Source: Camelus ferus (taxonomy: Eukaryota). From it: DNA of 64,000 bases. A program made the position numbers and the translations under genes. How positions within the stretch are numbered: the first letter of the stretch is position 1; each line of letters opens with the position of its first letter. The stretch lies in NCBI RefSeq assembly GCF_009834535.1, contig NC_045697.1, forward strand, positions 71,550,001 through 71,614,000, given 5' to 3'. The notes under the pieces are model-generated. The model saw only the letters and a program-made list of their open reading frames with translations, was not told the DNA's origin and made no database searches. This document shows, piece by piece, positions 24,401-38,440 of the stretch.

Positions 24401-26919
24401 GTGGGTGCGCGCGCGGTCGGGCGGCGGGAGGGAGGCCCGCGCGCCGGGGTCGGGCGGGGGACCGCGGCTGCCGGCTGCCCTCGCGGGCTTCTTGGATGGG
24501 GGGACTCGGGACCCGACGAGGTGGGAGCGCTCTGAGTCTGGGCGGCGTGTCGTCGCCGGTGCCGCCACTTCTGGAACTTTCCAGAGCACCCTGGACAGGC
24601 TCCCGTAGTTTCTAAAGTCACCTTGGAACGTGTTTTAAAATTATGTGCGTGTTTTAAGTTACGCATCAGCCTAAAAATTCTGTCAACGTGTTGTAGCAAA
24701 ACTGCCCATTTGCTCATTTACCTGCTGGTCTCACAGAATCCGAACCGGTAAATTGCTACGATGGCCTGTGACCTGCTAGTCAGACAGGCTACTTTATGTC
24801 AAACTCCTTGCAACTCAGATTTTGATAACTTGGTAAAAGGAAAAGCAGTCAATTCAGTTGAAGACATAAATGCATTCACAGGTCAAATGGAAATTAAGGC
24901 AGTTGTTTTCAGTTCTTTTTGAAGTATGCCACATGAATTTGTGGATTGTATAGTAAGTATAAAACGTGTTCAGTTTTGAAAATTAAAAAGAAAAAGGCTT
25001 CACTTGGATATTAGGATTATTGGAGATTTTCACACTGAGATAGGTAATGAGAAAATCTGAGTGAAATTCTGTTAATTTGCTAAGTAGAATTTCTCATAGC
25101 TTACTGGCATTTTTTAAAGAAATGAAATTATGGCTTTAGCTGTTTCTCTTTGCTCGTGTCTGTTTTCATATATAGATTTTATAAGACTGCTTTTGCGTGA
25201 AAATGGAAAGTGCATTTGTGACAGTGGAAAATGACAAGAAAGGAATTGATATCTTAATATGTTAACTTTCTAAATATCGAACATTGACATTCTTGAAAAC
25301 TCTGGCTCTGATAGGCTGCATCTTTGCTTGCATCTGTAGTTAGACCAACCATATCTTTTGAACCTTGAGCAGGTTAACTTTTCTGTAATTTCAGTTGAAC
25401 CATTTAGTTGAATAGAATCAACTATAATTTGTTTCAGACTTTTAGATGGAGCAGTTTAGCCAGAAAGTGACTTTTATTTCACTTAATACTAAAGTAATTC
25501 TTTGAGGTATTTGCTATTGTGAATAACGCTAGAGTGATGTGAACCAACTTTTATCCGCCTCTGATTGTTTCTGTTCCTCCTGTGCATCTTCCCCCATCTT
25601 CTTTGGTCCTTTCAGTATGGTATTTATCACTTGCTTCATTTACCTCTTTATTTGGCTCAGGTAATGAAACTTTTCTTATAATAAGCTAGCTTTTGTTATT
25701 AACCCATGCCATTCCTAAATATGAAGAGTCTTCTAAAAGAACTAGTTCCCATTAATATTTTTTGTAAATGGAGAGCTTATTTTGTGTGACTGCTCTCTCT
25801 GCTTTGGCCAAGTGTCTCTACAGCATTGTAGACGCTGGCGTAATGTGACACATTAAGGGTCAGTTAGTCTAACTGCCTCATTTTAGACTGAGAAAAATAA
25901 GACCCAGGGAGTGATTTGTCCACAGTCCCATAACAAAAAATTATTTGAAGATTTCATTCATCACTTCACCACCAATCTTTTACTCACCCACCCCATGAGT
26001 TGTGTAGTAATATGAGTGTAAAGTGGGCCAACACAATCTAAAGTGATAAGCACACTTTCATACCTATGAAGATATATTCCTAGCAGTCGGTATATGGTGT
26101 GCTTGTGATGACAGCATCTGTGTCTTCTGCCGTCCGAGCAACCTGTGAATGTCCAGCTTGTCTTTTAAGGAAGCAGGAAAGATATACCCAGTAGTAAGAC
26201 AGTGTGACAGTGATGCACAGTGGATGAAAATTCCATTTAGGCTGTGTTGTCTGGTGTATGCTTAACTAGTCACTGTTCACTAATGTCCAAAAGAAAAATG
26301 TTTTTCTTCACTTTATTCCAAAATTAATGTTTGTTTAAATTTAATTTTAACTGCTCCCTCCAATGAGGACTGTTCATTTATTAAAGCACAGATTATTCCC
26401 TGCCCCATAGTTTGTGTATGTTTTGATTAATGTAATATGCTGCCTCTGATGAAGGGAGAGAGAAGTTGTTAGGTTAATAGCAGAATGCATCTGTCTTACC
26501 GTGGGCTAGGTGCTTGTACATAGCTTGTGAGGCACATGGCTTGTCGAAGTCTTTCTTCTCTGTCTTGAAATTCTTGAAGATTTGGAGCTTTTTACTCTTA
26601 CTACAGCCTTCCAACACAGCCAACAACCTAGATTTCTCCTACCAGGAAAATACCCTTGTTTAACTCTGTGGCTGGTAAAACTTGCTTTCTGCAGAACAGT
26701 TAGAAAGATTCTGATAGGCTCACATTTGTTGAGATTTTAAAGAGAGGTGGCTCTCTCAGGGCCTTTTTACTTTAATATGGAATAATTGTATAATATTTAA
26801 TTGCTTAGGATTTCAGGCATACACAGCAGCATACTGGGCCTTACACTAGGGGTAGCAGAGGGACTTTTCCGGCCACATCTATCTGAACACGGAATGTAGG
26901 TGATCGTGCCCTACTTATG

Positions 26920-27150
26920 ATGGATTCTGGACTCAGACTGCTTCAAATCCAGTCCAGCTTCATTGCTTATCTGCTTCATGATCTTAGATTAATAAATCTG
27001 TCATTATCTCAGTTTGCTCATTAAAAAGGCAAAAGTAGGTAGAACAACATTTATTTGAAAGAATAGTTTTGAGAAGTAAAAGAGAACATGCACGTGAAGT
27101 GCTTTTCAGAGTGCCGTAGAAAATTATGATTATTTAATACATGTTAGCTA
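26920..27150 (+). mobile_element. MIR
   Basis: ggattctggactcagactg..ctcagtttgctcat..gtgaagtgctt..atgttagctatt. Confidence 0.6.
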
Positions 27151-30100
27151 TTGTTTTAATCTTTGGTCATTGGTCAATAGTGTTATATTTACAGGTAAAA
27201 GATAGAGTTCTTATTGAGAAACTGGCTCATGCTGACTTGGGGAAAAACTTCAAAGGATGAAGCCATCAAAAAATATATGGGAGTGTGGCTTCCTGTAGAA
27301 AGATATTACCTTAATCTTGGGGAAATATTGTGATTAATAGTTCTGAGGTGAGGAAAAAAAGGAATCCACAATTAGAATAACTAAGGATAGACTGATTAAA
27401 AGGATATTAGGCTAGGGCAGTTACAGGGAAGAATAAAATGGGAATTTAATAGGACAAAATGAGAGCAGGTTTTATTTTCCCATATCACAGAGTACTAATT
27501 GTGACCCAGTTCAAAAAATGTATGTGAAATAAATAAGCATCAAACAGAAAACTGTGGGATATTTTGTCAAATTATAAGAAGATAGAGGATCTATTTTACC
27601 AAAACATCTACTGCTGGGTTGAAAAAAGTCTAGTATAAAGAGCATCATTCCTGCTAAGTATAAATCACATGTTTTAAGAATTTAAATGGCTATTATCTGA
27701 TCATCTAACTTACAGTGGCTATTTTATTACTTTCTTTATATATTGTACAATATCTTAACAGTAATTTTGGAGACAGCTCTAAAATAAGAATAGGAAGGAC
27801 AAACATTCCAGAAGTTATTATTTAAACATAAGTTGTTATATGGCCTTGTAATTCTTTCCTATTTTAAATAAAAAGAATGGTATCTGAGTTTTACTGCAGA
27901 CACTGAAACAGTCCAGGTGGTGAAAATATCAGATACCATATGGAATTATACCCTCCTGTATTTATTTTTCACTCAGAGAAAAATAATGAGCCTTTTAGAC
28001 CTTTACCGCTGGACAGAAATTTCTTTGTTGCTTCCAACTGCTGCACATTGAGATAATCCAGAAAGACTACTTCCCTTTGTAATTATGAGAAGTAATTCAT
28101 CATTGCCTTGTGGTCTTTTATAAGATTTTCTTTGTATCCAGGTCATTAAAATAAGTTTTATTTTATCATATTAACTATGTGTTATATTTTCCTTTCTTTT
28201 AAGTTCTTGCACCACTTTTCCCTATTAGTAATTCCCATTGTTTCATTTTTTAATGTGCTCTGTTTTAAAGGAAGACATACTGCAAAGTACAAGAACAGTT
28301 CCTGACCTGGAATTTCATTTACTATATGACTAAATTTTTTGGTCGTGATTCACACTGAGGGCTAAGCCTTATCCTTTGGTTAAGATCAATATTTTCATTC
28401 CCTTTTTTGTTCCAGCTTAGCTGTACGATCATGTCTAACTTTCAGAAGAACAGCATAGTGTCAGAACACTTGAAATTTTGGCCTTCTTTTAATAGCTACC
28501 ATTCACTGTGTTTCTACTTTGAATTCATATGATATGGCTATCTCATTACCTTGATATCTACTTTGGACAAGAAGTTATATTGTTCCATCTAATTGTATGA
28601 AAACATTTAATAACTCATTGTGTTCTTTCATTTCTTATAAGATCTTTTTGAAACTGTTAAAAGAAACTTTGGGGGGATTGGGTGGAGGGTGGATAAACAC
28701 CAACATCAAAGATATGGAGAAATGTATCATATCAAAGTGATATGATTCTATAAAATTGTGCTACTAGAATGACTAATACAGAGTATTTCTTGTGACTGTA
28801 TGAAGAATCCCTAAAATTCATGCATTTTCTACATAGGCTAATCACATTTTATTTAGATTTAGGAGACTGATATAATTTAAAAATCTCAGGAGACAACTAT
28901 AGTTTTAATACAATTCATAAACTACTGGGTCACTACTGGGAAAGTGAGTGAGATAAAACGGAGGCAAAACTCTACTTTGATTTCAATCAAGGAGATGATT
29001 TCCTTAATTTTCTCATTGCTTTTCAATAAGAGTTTAGAACTTTCACTATTCTGGGCACTTACCTGTAGACCAGAGACCCTTCCTTTAATATGTCCTGTCC
29101 ATCCATATACCCATGTGAAATGGGTAGAACCATGGATGATAGCCCAGATTTCAGAAACTGCCCCTTTGGCCAAGAATAGACACTTGTTTCAAAGGCAGCC
29201 AGCCTGTTGACTGCTTAATGGCCAGTGATGTATGTTGTCTGTCATTTAAAGATTTGTTGGATTCAACGAAGCCCTTCTTTCCTTTCAAACAAGAGATAAT
29301 GAGACTGTTGTCAGCGGAAGGTCAATGTGTGATGATATACAATAGAGGATGACAGCCAGTTGACTCCTGTGCAAGATGGGTAATTAGGAAGAAGACAAGA
29401 AGAGAGAATTAAGGAGGCTGAAAGACAGAGGGATTGTCTTAGTTTCTGACTTTCCTTTTCTAGGCCATGTAAGACCTGGCTACAGTTGTTTTTCTGGTAT
29501 TATCTGTTCATGAAATGCCTGTGGCATCCTTGCAATGACTTTCTCTTTAGTTTGAATTTCTCTTTTTTGGAGGAAAAAGAAAAAAAGAGTTTGTGTTAGA
29601 ATACCTTTATTTCTCAAAAACTGCCCCTTCTGTTCCCATAAACTTCTTTCTTCTCTCTTAGAAAATTGTTATTGTCAAAATGATGTCTTCTATGCATCTT
29701 TCATTGAAAGTTAAACAATCTGAGAATAGATCTTTTCCTGTTATACACTGAAAATAGGATGCCTAACGAGTAAGTCTTGTGGTTCTCCTAGTAAGAATAT
29801 TTGGAGTTTTCTAGCTTTATTATTGCAGTTTGAAGAAACTCCATTCAGTTATTTTTGTTTCTAAACTTGAAGTCTCTGTATTTGATGAGGAAATAATTCA
29901 CACAACAGTTAATATTATAAGAGTTAAGCACTGTTATGAGGTCTAGAGTTTTGAATCATGTGGTTATAAAATTATATTAATTATAAAATTTAACCATACT
30001 CTTTATGTTTTGTTAATACAATGATTTTAAATAGCTGAAAAATTTATAGCATGTTGTTTCTGACAGATTTTTAAAAAGTATTTAAATTGAGGCATACAGA

Positions 30101-30549
30101 GTGAGAGGATGCTTATGGCATTTATCTTAGTAAAAGAGGAAGAGGAGATATAAAAGTGTCATACTTTACTAGCTGTTATCTGAATCCCCCTGGCATATGA
30201 TGAAAAGTAGCACCACTGACAGGCAGTTGTGAAACCTTTATACACACTATCAACGTGAACACTGTGTAATCAACATTGTGCTTCAGAGATTGGTCCTTAA
30301 GATATTTTTTAGTAATAGAGTAGAAAGTTTAGGATCCTCATTAAGTTACAGATGATATGTTAACAACGAGGCTAATGATCACCTTGGAAAACAAGATCAG
30401 AATTCAGTGTGCTCTTACTAAACTGGGGAGAGAGGCACTAATTAATGGAGTTCAGGTGTGATCAATTAAGTGTAATGATGTAGGTGAAGGAAGAAGACTC
30501 AGGATGATAAAAATTTTTCAACTTTTGACAAGGCTACATTCACAGTCTT

Positions 30550-31700
30550 ATAATGAGCAAGGGGGAGAGTTGTAGAAGCAGCAGCTGGAAAAGTACACCA
30601 AAACTAAGCTACATAAATCTGTGTGAAAAGTCCCTGAAGTATAATGAGTTGCTATTGAAGAGTTTTAAAACAGAAGCATGACATGATTGGATTTTTACTT
30701 TTAGATCACATGAAAGGTTCTTATTCTTCTAAATCACCTTCTAAATCAATCAAGGTGAAAATAAAGAGTTTACAACTGGGAAAAAAAAAAAAAAAAAGAG
30801 AGAGAGATGATCACCTGAGCTGTACAATGAATTGGAACAGGTCAACAATGGGAGTTTTTGAGCAGCTGAGTTTACCAACCAGTAAGATACAGGGAGAAGT
30901 GGATGTTTATTAAGAACTAATACTTACACACTTTTTGTGGTATAGTAGTAGATATAGAGTCTGAGGGGGAAAGAGATGTAAAGAATCAGTCTTAGGTTTG
31001 TGGCATGGAAAACTGGGAGGGAAACAAAGTTGCCATTTACTCCAATGGAAAAGATTGAAGGAGCAGTAGGAAGTGGTTCAGGCATGAGAATATCCAGTGT
31101 CAGTTTTGGATACGTTATATGTGGGCTGTCTGAGAAATACTCAGGTAGCAATATCAAGCAAGCATTTCATATGATCTGGAGCTCATAAAGGCAGTTCTGG
31201 CTAGAGATATAAAACTGGGAGAAATACAGAATATAAACTGCATCAGTAAATAAGGTAACAGAAAAAGAGCTTAAGTAGAGAGAAAAGATGACCCAGGATA
31301 AAGACCTATGTAAAACAAACATTTAAGCATTGACAGAGCAGGATTGGTTACCTAATATCATTAAGGAGAGGCTAAAAAGAAAAGGAGGACATAAAAGAGT
31401 ATATTGGCAAGAATTCAAAAATAAAATGTGTGGGGAAGGTGGCAGTGGTGAACTGGCTCAAATTCTGGGAATAGATCAGGTAAATAAAATTGAGGACTGA
31501 AATTTAGCCACTGGATTTGGCACCAGGAAGCTTACAGATGCCCTTAGAGAGAAAAGTAAGTAGCTTTAGTGGAGGGGATGGGAGTGGAAGGGTGGAGGGA
31601 GATGAGGATGTGGACACTGTGTGGGGACTTTTGAAAGCATGACTGCCAGAGTGTAGAAAGGAAGCAGCCACTGCAAAATATGTAGATCAAGGAAAGGATT
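30550..31700 (-). mobile_element. L2 fragment
   Basis: gttgccatttact..tcagttttggatacgtt..ctggagctcataaag..ggctagagatataaa..ccactggatttggca L2 landmarks. Confidence 0.7.
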
Positions 31701-31819
31701 TAATTGTTCTCCAAAGCTTATAGCATCTCATCAAAGGGGATTTTCTCCTATGAAAACTTTCAGAGACAAGTTCCATAAATTAGGGACACACTTTAATGTA
31801 GAGATTTTCTTATGTGTTT

Positions 31820-31940
31820 ATCCTGCCTCATTCCCTCTCTTCCTTCTCTTCCCTGTTTCTAGGGTGCCTCCTCCACCTCCTCTCCTCCTCCTCTTCTCGT
31901 GCTTCTTTCGCTTTCCCTCTCCTCACTTCCTTCCCTCTGT
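31820..31940. repeat. CT-rich low-complexity tract
   Basis: cctctcttccttctcttcc...cctcctcctcttctc...cttccttccctct. Confidence 0.7.
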
Positions 31941-32422
31941 ACGCATGGATGTTAATGGAAAATCACTTGTATTCCTTTTTATGGAAGCTTTGTTTCAATG
32001 CTAGATTATTCCATAGCTTTACTTTCTGTTGATCGTCTCTTCCTTTTTATCCAAATTGGAATTCATGCATCACTATTACAGTCACACGTTTGCATATGCT
32101 TCAACTCCCAACCATCTTTTTCTGTCGTACCCACTTGATAAAACTCCAACCCCAAATAAGTCTGTCCAACTGCCTTTTTCCTGTCTGAATCCAAGTAACT
32201 GAACGTGGCTAAAAAAAAATACGTTCAGGCGTGTTGGTGTGGTTACAGATTTTGACAGTTCTTGTCACGTATTACTTGTGTCATAGAAGATTTTGATAAT
32301 AAATGACAGTGAGCTCAAAATTGTATTCCCTGACCAGAGTGTGGCGTGCAGATTTGTTCTGTGATGTCAGATTAGTGAAAGCTTACATAATTTCTGTATG
32401 CTGATGGGCAAAAAACACCACA

Positions 32423-32745
32423 CAGTGCTGCCCAGCGCTGTATCCACTAGGTATGTGGCTCTTCAGCACTTGAAATATAGCTGATTCAAATTGAAATGTG
32501 CTGTAAATGTGAAAACACACTAGTTTTCAAAGATTTAGCACAAAAAGAATTTAAAATCTCTCAGTAATTTCATATTGATTGCATGCTGGAAAGTATTTTG
32601 AATTTATTGAATTAAATAAAATATACTATTGTAATTGATTTCACCTATTTCTTTTTATTTATTGTAACGTAGCTGTTGAAAAATTAAAATTACACATGTG
32701 GTTTGTATTTGTGATTTGTAGTATATTTTCTGTTGGATAGCACTG
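32423..32745. mobile_element. MER33-type hAT-Charlie DNA transposon
   Basis: Imperfect TIRs cagtgctgccca / tggatagcactg, with internal atgtggct..gcacttgaaat and aaattaaaattacacatgtgg. Confidence 0.8.
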
Positions 32746-33149
32746 CTCTAAGCTTTCAAAAAAAATCCCAGTGAAATCTGTTAAAGATTTTATTTCTCCC
32801 AAATGAAATACTGTTTTATAAATATCACCAGATAACTATCATAAAAATGCTAACATAACTCACAATTCCTCCCACAGTTTAGAGACCCTCAGTCCATTGA
32901 GGCCCACCCACAGGAAGTGTTTTAATAGTGATATTTCACTATTATTTTAATGTTAACTGAAATTTAACAAGTATTTTTCTATCATTTACTCATCTTCTAT
33001 TGTGTCTTTTGTCTTAATAATTTGCACGCTAATATTACATATTGAAGATTTAAACTTGTATGTCACAAATATTTATCTTTATCTAAGTGATTTTGATTAT
33101 GGTATTTGTTGCCACTGAATATATTTTAATGCTCAGTGGCTCAAATATA

Positions 33150-33640
33150 CTTATATTTTCTTTCATAGCTCTGTTTCCTTTCTTGGCTGGAGAAGTCTTA
33201 TGAACTCCTAAATGACCAATGTAATTTTCTACATTTTTCTAAGGTTTTGATTTTTATACTTGCATATAGTATACCTGGGACTTATTTTTGTGTATAGCAT
33301 GAGGCTGAAACTCAAGTTGTTTTTTTTTTTTTTTAAATAAGGGCAGGTAATTGAGAAATCAACCTTTATTAAATGAACCCTACTCTTCCAAATGACTTGA
33401 AGTACCACCATTGCTATATAGCAAAGTTTCATATATTCTAGAATTCTGAATTCTCTATTCTGTTCCACTAGTGTATTTGTTTATTCCGAAGCCACTACCT
33501 GCTAAAGAAAGTTCTCCCAAGAAATCTTCTTTTCCATAATTTTCTTGGCTATTAATAGATAATTTATGTTTTTAATTTTTCCTCTTGCACTTAAAGATTA
33601 TTTTGTCTATGTCTCCTCCTTTCCATGAAACACTTGAGAT
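33150..33640 (-). mobile_element. Old L1M ORF2 fragment
   Basis: The minus-strand ORF 33229-33468 has decayed ORF2 motifs (MEQNRE.., LMLYTKISPR..). Confidence 0.55.
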
Positions 33641-35306
33641 GTTGTGTAACACGTAATTTAGAGGCATTTAATAGAAAACAATCTAGCAGTTTTAGGTAGA
33701 AAGAAAACATAAGGAATTAAGTTTTAACTATTTACATAGTTTATGTGAGGAGTTTGAGTCTGGGCTGGGCCACCAGGAATAATTTTCTTAACTGGCCCAC
33801 CTGGACAGGGTGGGCAGTGGCAGTGGGGAAACTGCTATCTTATCACCACCAGGAAGCTAGGGAATCAGGAAGGCACTGAACCAGCTGTTGGCACCTGGAA
33901 CACACTGGTGTCAGGACCCCAAGAATTTCTGGCTTGTGAGCCACCTCCTATTTGCTGGATCTGCACCAACAAAAAGGTGCCTTTCATTTCATTGGAACTA
34001 CATTATATTTTTATACTGAGTTGGGGAGAATCAACTTTAAATGCTACTAAATATTCTATTGGATTAATCTGGGTAGAAAATTCTGTGTATAAAAGGTCCT
34101 AAGCTTCAGAAGAAATATATAATAACTTGGGTTATTTAAATCAATTGACAAACCTGGAAACTTTCCACTCACTCATGTTATAGCCTCACAAAGGTTAAAC
34201 TTTGGTTCTGTGAACAAATGTAACAAGCATTACTTTCTACATTTGAAATGCCTTTCCAGCTAACATTTTATCACGAAATTAGTTCCTTGAATCATTAACT
34301 GGAAAATATGACCTCTGCATTGAAAAACCTGAGGAGGAAAAATATCTAACTTTTTATTAGTTTGTTTTAAACTGTAGAAGATGTTAAAATGAAAAAACAA
34401 AACCCATAATGCCCTTTTAAAAGGAATTTAAGATAGATCTTTGGATATACATATAGAATTTCAGTTTAAACTTTATTAAAATTTTTATCTGTATTAAAGA
34501 CCAAACTAATCTAATCGCTCACCTGTTTCCTATACATTTTCCCAATTTAACATTGATAAATGTTATTTTAAAAGATAACTAATGCTCCACGTTGTATTCA
34601 CATTTGTGGATTGATTATCTGTACTGATATCTGTATCTTATCTGTATTGACTCATGTAGGAGATCCGTCACTTACTTGTTGTGTGACTTTGAGCAGATTA
34701 CTTCTCTAAAATCCAGTGCTTTTTCTCTGGAATAGGTAACACTTCTATTTTATAGGAACATAATGATGATTAAATTAATTCTGTGTATAAAGTGCCTGAA
34801 GCATTCATAGCAGGTGTTTAGCAAATGGCAAATATTATTACATTCAGCATAAGCTGAAATTCAACTTTCACTTTTATTTGAAGAACTGTGTTTACATGAC
34901 TCATTCTCTGCACTTCTGGTGTCACATACGTAGGAATCTCAGGATTGAGAGCCTCGTATAAATGTTCTTTCAGTTCTGTTTAATTTTTCTCAACACTACA
35001 TTAAACACTATAATATCCCAAATTCATGTTTCTTTGGGTATTCACTACAAACTGAACTTGATGAAACCTATGATTTGTTATGAAAACAAATGCTATGGTA
35101 CTATATGTGAATTATGTATTGTCTTCAAGGAAAATAATTAGTGGGTAAAGAACATTTTTCCCACTTTGAGAATTTAATTCTGTTTGGGCATCATATTTTT
35201 TAAAATAAAAATGTAGTTGATTTTCATTTCTTTATTGTTGAAGGAGTCTTTGTTCACAACTATATCATATATTATCACCTCCCCCTGCACCACCAAGATA
35301 AAAACA

Positions 35307-35322
35307 ACACACACACACACAC
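35307..35322. repeat. (AC)8 microsatellite
   Basis: Read directly. Confidence 0.85.
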
Positions 35323-38029
35323 AAACTGGACCATAGTATAGTTGACTCAGAGTCTCTTAACTTCTGTGATAAAGGCATTTTCTAATATCATCACAAAGTT
35401 AAATATAACAGTTGATATAGTTGCATAGATAAAGCTTTAGTGACATATTCAGAATTGTTTAAACTATATCTGAGCAATTTAATCTCTATAGGGCATAAAT
35501 CTATACAGTGTTCCACTGCTAGATCTTCGAGGATCAGCAGAACAATAGAAAGGTCCCCCTAAGCAAATTGCTAGTACTGACTAACCTACCGGTATTAGAA
35601 AGCATTTGTAATTATGGAAAGAAAGGGACAGCTTTTCTGTTTCTTTTAAGTGGGCCAGTCTTCTGAGAAGTTAGCAGTTAACACACAGTTCATTTCCACT
35701 TCTCCTTAGCAAAATATAGAAGATTCATTAGAGAGTATGTTCATATGTAGTATTTTGTTATATGACCTCTTAGAATAATTTTCTGATCTGGTACATATAA
35801 AAATCTAGGCTTAGGTACCTCATTCTGAGTTTGAAGCATCACCTAGTAGTTAGTCGTATGACCTCGGGAAACTGTTACAAGACTTCTCTGTGCCTCACCA
35901 TGAAATGACGGAAGAACATTTAGGAGCACTTGCAGCGTCCCTTACAGTAGATACTCTGTAGTGATCGCTGTCACGGCTAAGGTGAGCTGAGGAGGCGAAT
36001 GGCCACCTGGGACGTTGTGAAGGGTGACTCACACTTCTCTTACCTGATGGCCAATTCCTGGAAAACCCGAGTTCACGCTTCTGGGACTTTATTCCTTTAG
36101 TACTGTGTTGCCCAGATTGCTCTGTACAGTGTATGTTCCTTGGGAGAGAGTGTTCTATGGTGAAGTAAGTTTTGAATATGCATATTACAACATTAAAATG
36201 GTCTGAGAAATCACATAATTAACAATGTATCTTCAGTTTCCTCAAAGCCATTGTTTCACAGATACATTTAATTATGGGATGCATTGTCATCTCAACGTTC
36301 GTAGAAAAATAAGTTCTTTGCACAAAGTTATTATCCCTGTTAAATGGCAGAGTTTTTGAGAGGATGGTTCTTTCAGCCAGAGATTAGTTGCACTCCTTTT
36401 AACTATGTTTTCCTCAGCACTGTTCAAATCACTGTGTACATAAAGTTGTGATTCTTTGCTGATCACATTTTGAGTGAGTGGGAGGGAGTAGGGAAAATGG
36501 CATCGGTAGGCTGAGTAGGGCACACATAATTTGCTGATTTAATTCCCTTACGATTCATTCTAACCATTCAGTGGGACCTTTGACTGTGGGATGTGCTAGA
36601 GAAAATGGGAAGAAAATTAGAAGGTGATGCTCTGTTAGGAAAAGTGAAGTGTGTGAATGAAATCGAACTAGGAAAGCGCATAGGGAATTCTAACAATATT
36701 TCGGAGTGTGTGTGTTTTGAGGTTGATATTTAAATAGCATGTGCGCATTTTAACTGAGCAAATAATTTTGCAGGTATTTTCACATGTCAGATATGTGTAA
36801 ACCTGCCTCTATGTCAGTAATCGTGTAAGTTGTGTAAGTGGCCTCCTGTTGTTTAATTACTGGGATTTCATTCATCAGGTCATTCCAAAATTAAGAGCAA
36901 CTTGGCTACATGGCCATAAACAGGTTTATGTTAGAAATGTTTGTCAGTGAAACATATGTTTGGTCCAAACAAATGGGCTGTTGAGAGTCACCCAGATAAA
37001 TTACTGCTGAAATGTTTCTCTACTTAAAACAAGAGTAACTGATATAAATGCAAATAATTTAAACAGAGAATTAATTGTATGTCTTAGAGGTTGACTAACT
37101 TAACAGGCCATGTGGAAAACAACGTTAATGTGACAATGACTTGTATTACTCAAATAGATTGGATGCTATGTAAAGGAACGGGTAACCTCTGGCATCCATT
37201 CAGCAGAGATAAGCGCATTAATAGATGCTTCCTGTAAAGAGGGACATTAGGGTAGCCAATTAAGTTTATGACAAAGGCTAAGTAAAGGGGAAGCTTTTTC
37301 TGAATATCCTTGGAGTCTTATATCTACCTTTAGATAACCATCCTGGTTTCTGACTTCTCTTTCAATTATTTGGTTTGCGTATGAACTGCCTTCGATTATG
37401 AAAAAAAATCTTAAAAATCCACAGAACCTTTTACACAAAGATAATTCTAAGGCATTTCTCAATATTATATTAGCTTTTAATCTGATAACAAGAAGTTTAG
37501 TTATTTTTACTAAGATTTCTATAACCGTTTGTGATAACTTAGAATATTTAGCTAATTAAAATATCTTCTGGGACAAAGAGAAAAAGTATGATTATGGTCT
37601 AAAAGCAAATGAAATTTAATATCCTCCATATATATTTAGAAGGTTTAATCATTTTTCTTCATTATTCTTTTTTCTAAAATAATACAAGCACATTATTGAA
37701 AATATATAATGAAGACTTAAAAAAATTGAAAAAAGTGATGTATGTACTTCTAGTTTTTATTTTTCAATGTTTACTTTTAATAGTTTTACTTGTTTAACAT
37801 TGTAGCTTTTATATATATACCATTTGTGTATGCACTTTACCAAATAGCCATACAAATGTAATTTTAATGTGGCATTTGTAAATATTTCAACTGTGCTCTC
37901 TCCTCGTATAAATTTATAGTAAAATGTTTTAAAACAAAAGAAAAACAAAAAAAGACAAGAAAATACAAATCCAATGATTTGTTGGACAGAAGAATAGATC
38001 ATCCTCTGTACTAGATTATTTTAATTAAC

Positions 38030-38440
38030 CTAAAGAAAGACCGAGGAAAACAAATATAGTGTGATTTCACTTATATACAAAACAAAACAAATTAACAAAC
38101 ATAAAACTGAAACAGAGTCATAGATACAGAGAAGAATCAGGTGGTTGCCAGAGGGGAGCAGGGGTAAGGGGATGAGTGAAATAGGTGAGAGAGATTAAGA
38201 GGTACAAACTTTTAGTTACAAAATAAATATCATGGAGATGAAATGTACAGGCAAGGGGAATACAGTCAATAATACTGTACTAGCTTTATATGGCGACAGA
38301 AGGTAACTAGACTCATCATGATGATCACTGTGTAATGTACAGAAAAATCAAGTAGTTTAATTATTGTTATTGTTTAGTTATCAAGTAGTTAGTTGTGCAC
38401 CTGAAACGAACATAATGTAAGTCAATTATATTTCAATTAA
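38030..38440 (+). mobile_element. L1MA-type 3' fragment, followed by a short opposite-strand L1 tail (~38455-38530)
   Basis: gtggttgccagagggga..gaggtacaaactt..gtgcacctgaaac..gtcaattatatttcaatt, then ctcttagccaattt..tatagtcaccatgctgtac. Confidence 0.8.

Larger units (their letters stand above)
24100..24610. promoter_or_regulatory. BANK1: CpG island / BANK1 promoter, 5' UTR and exon 1
   Basis: Abrupt GC- and CpG-rich block in an otherwise AT-rich, CpG-depleted window, spanning the start codon. No upstream ATG between 24158 and 24330. Confidence 0.9.

Noticed and set aside
23900..24717. Long overlapping ORFs (229, 222 and 178 aa) around exon 1
   Set aside because: These are low-complexity Arg/Pro/Gly/Ala translations caused by stop-codon scarcity in a CpG island. 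Only 24331-24400 matches BANK1 and has a proper donor.
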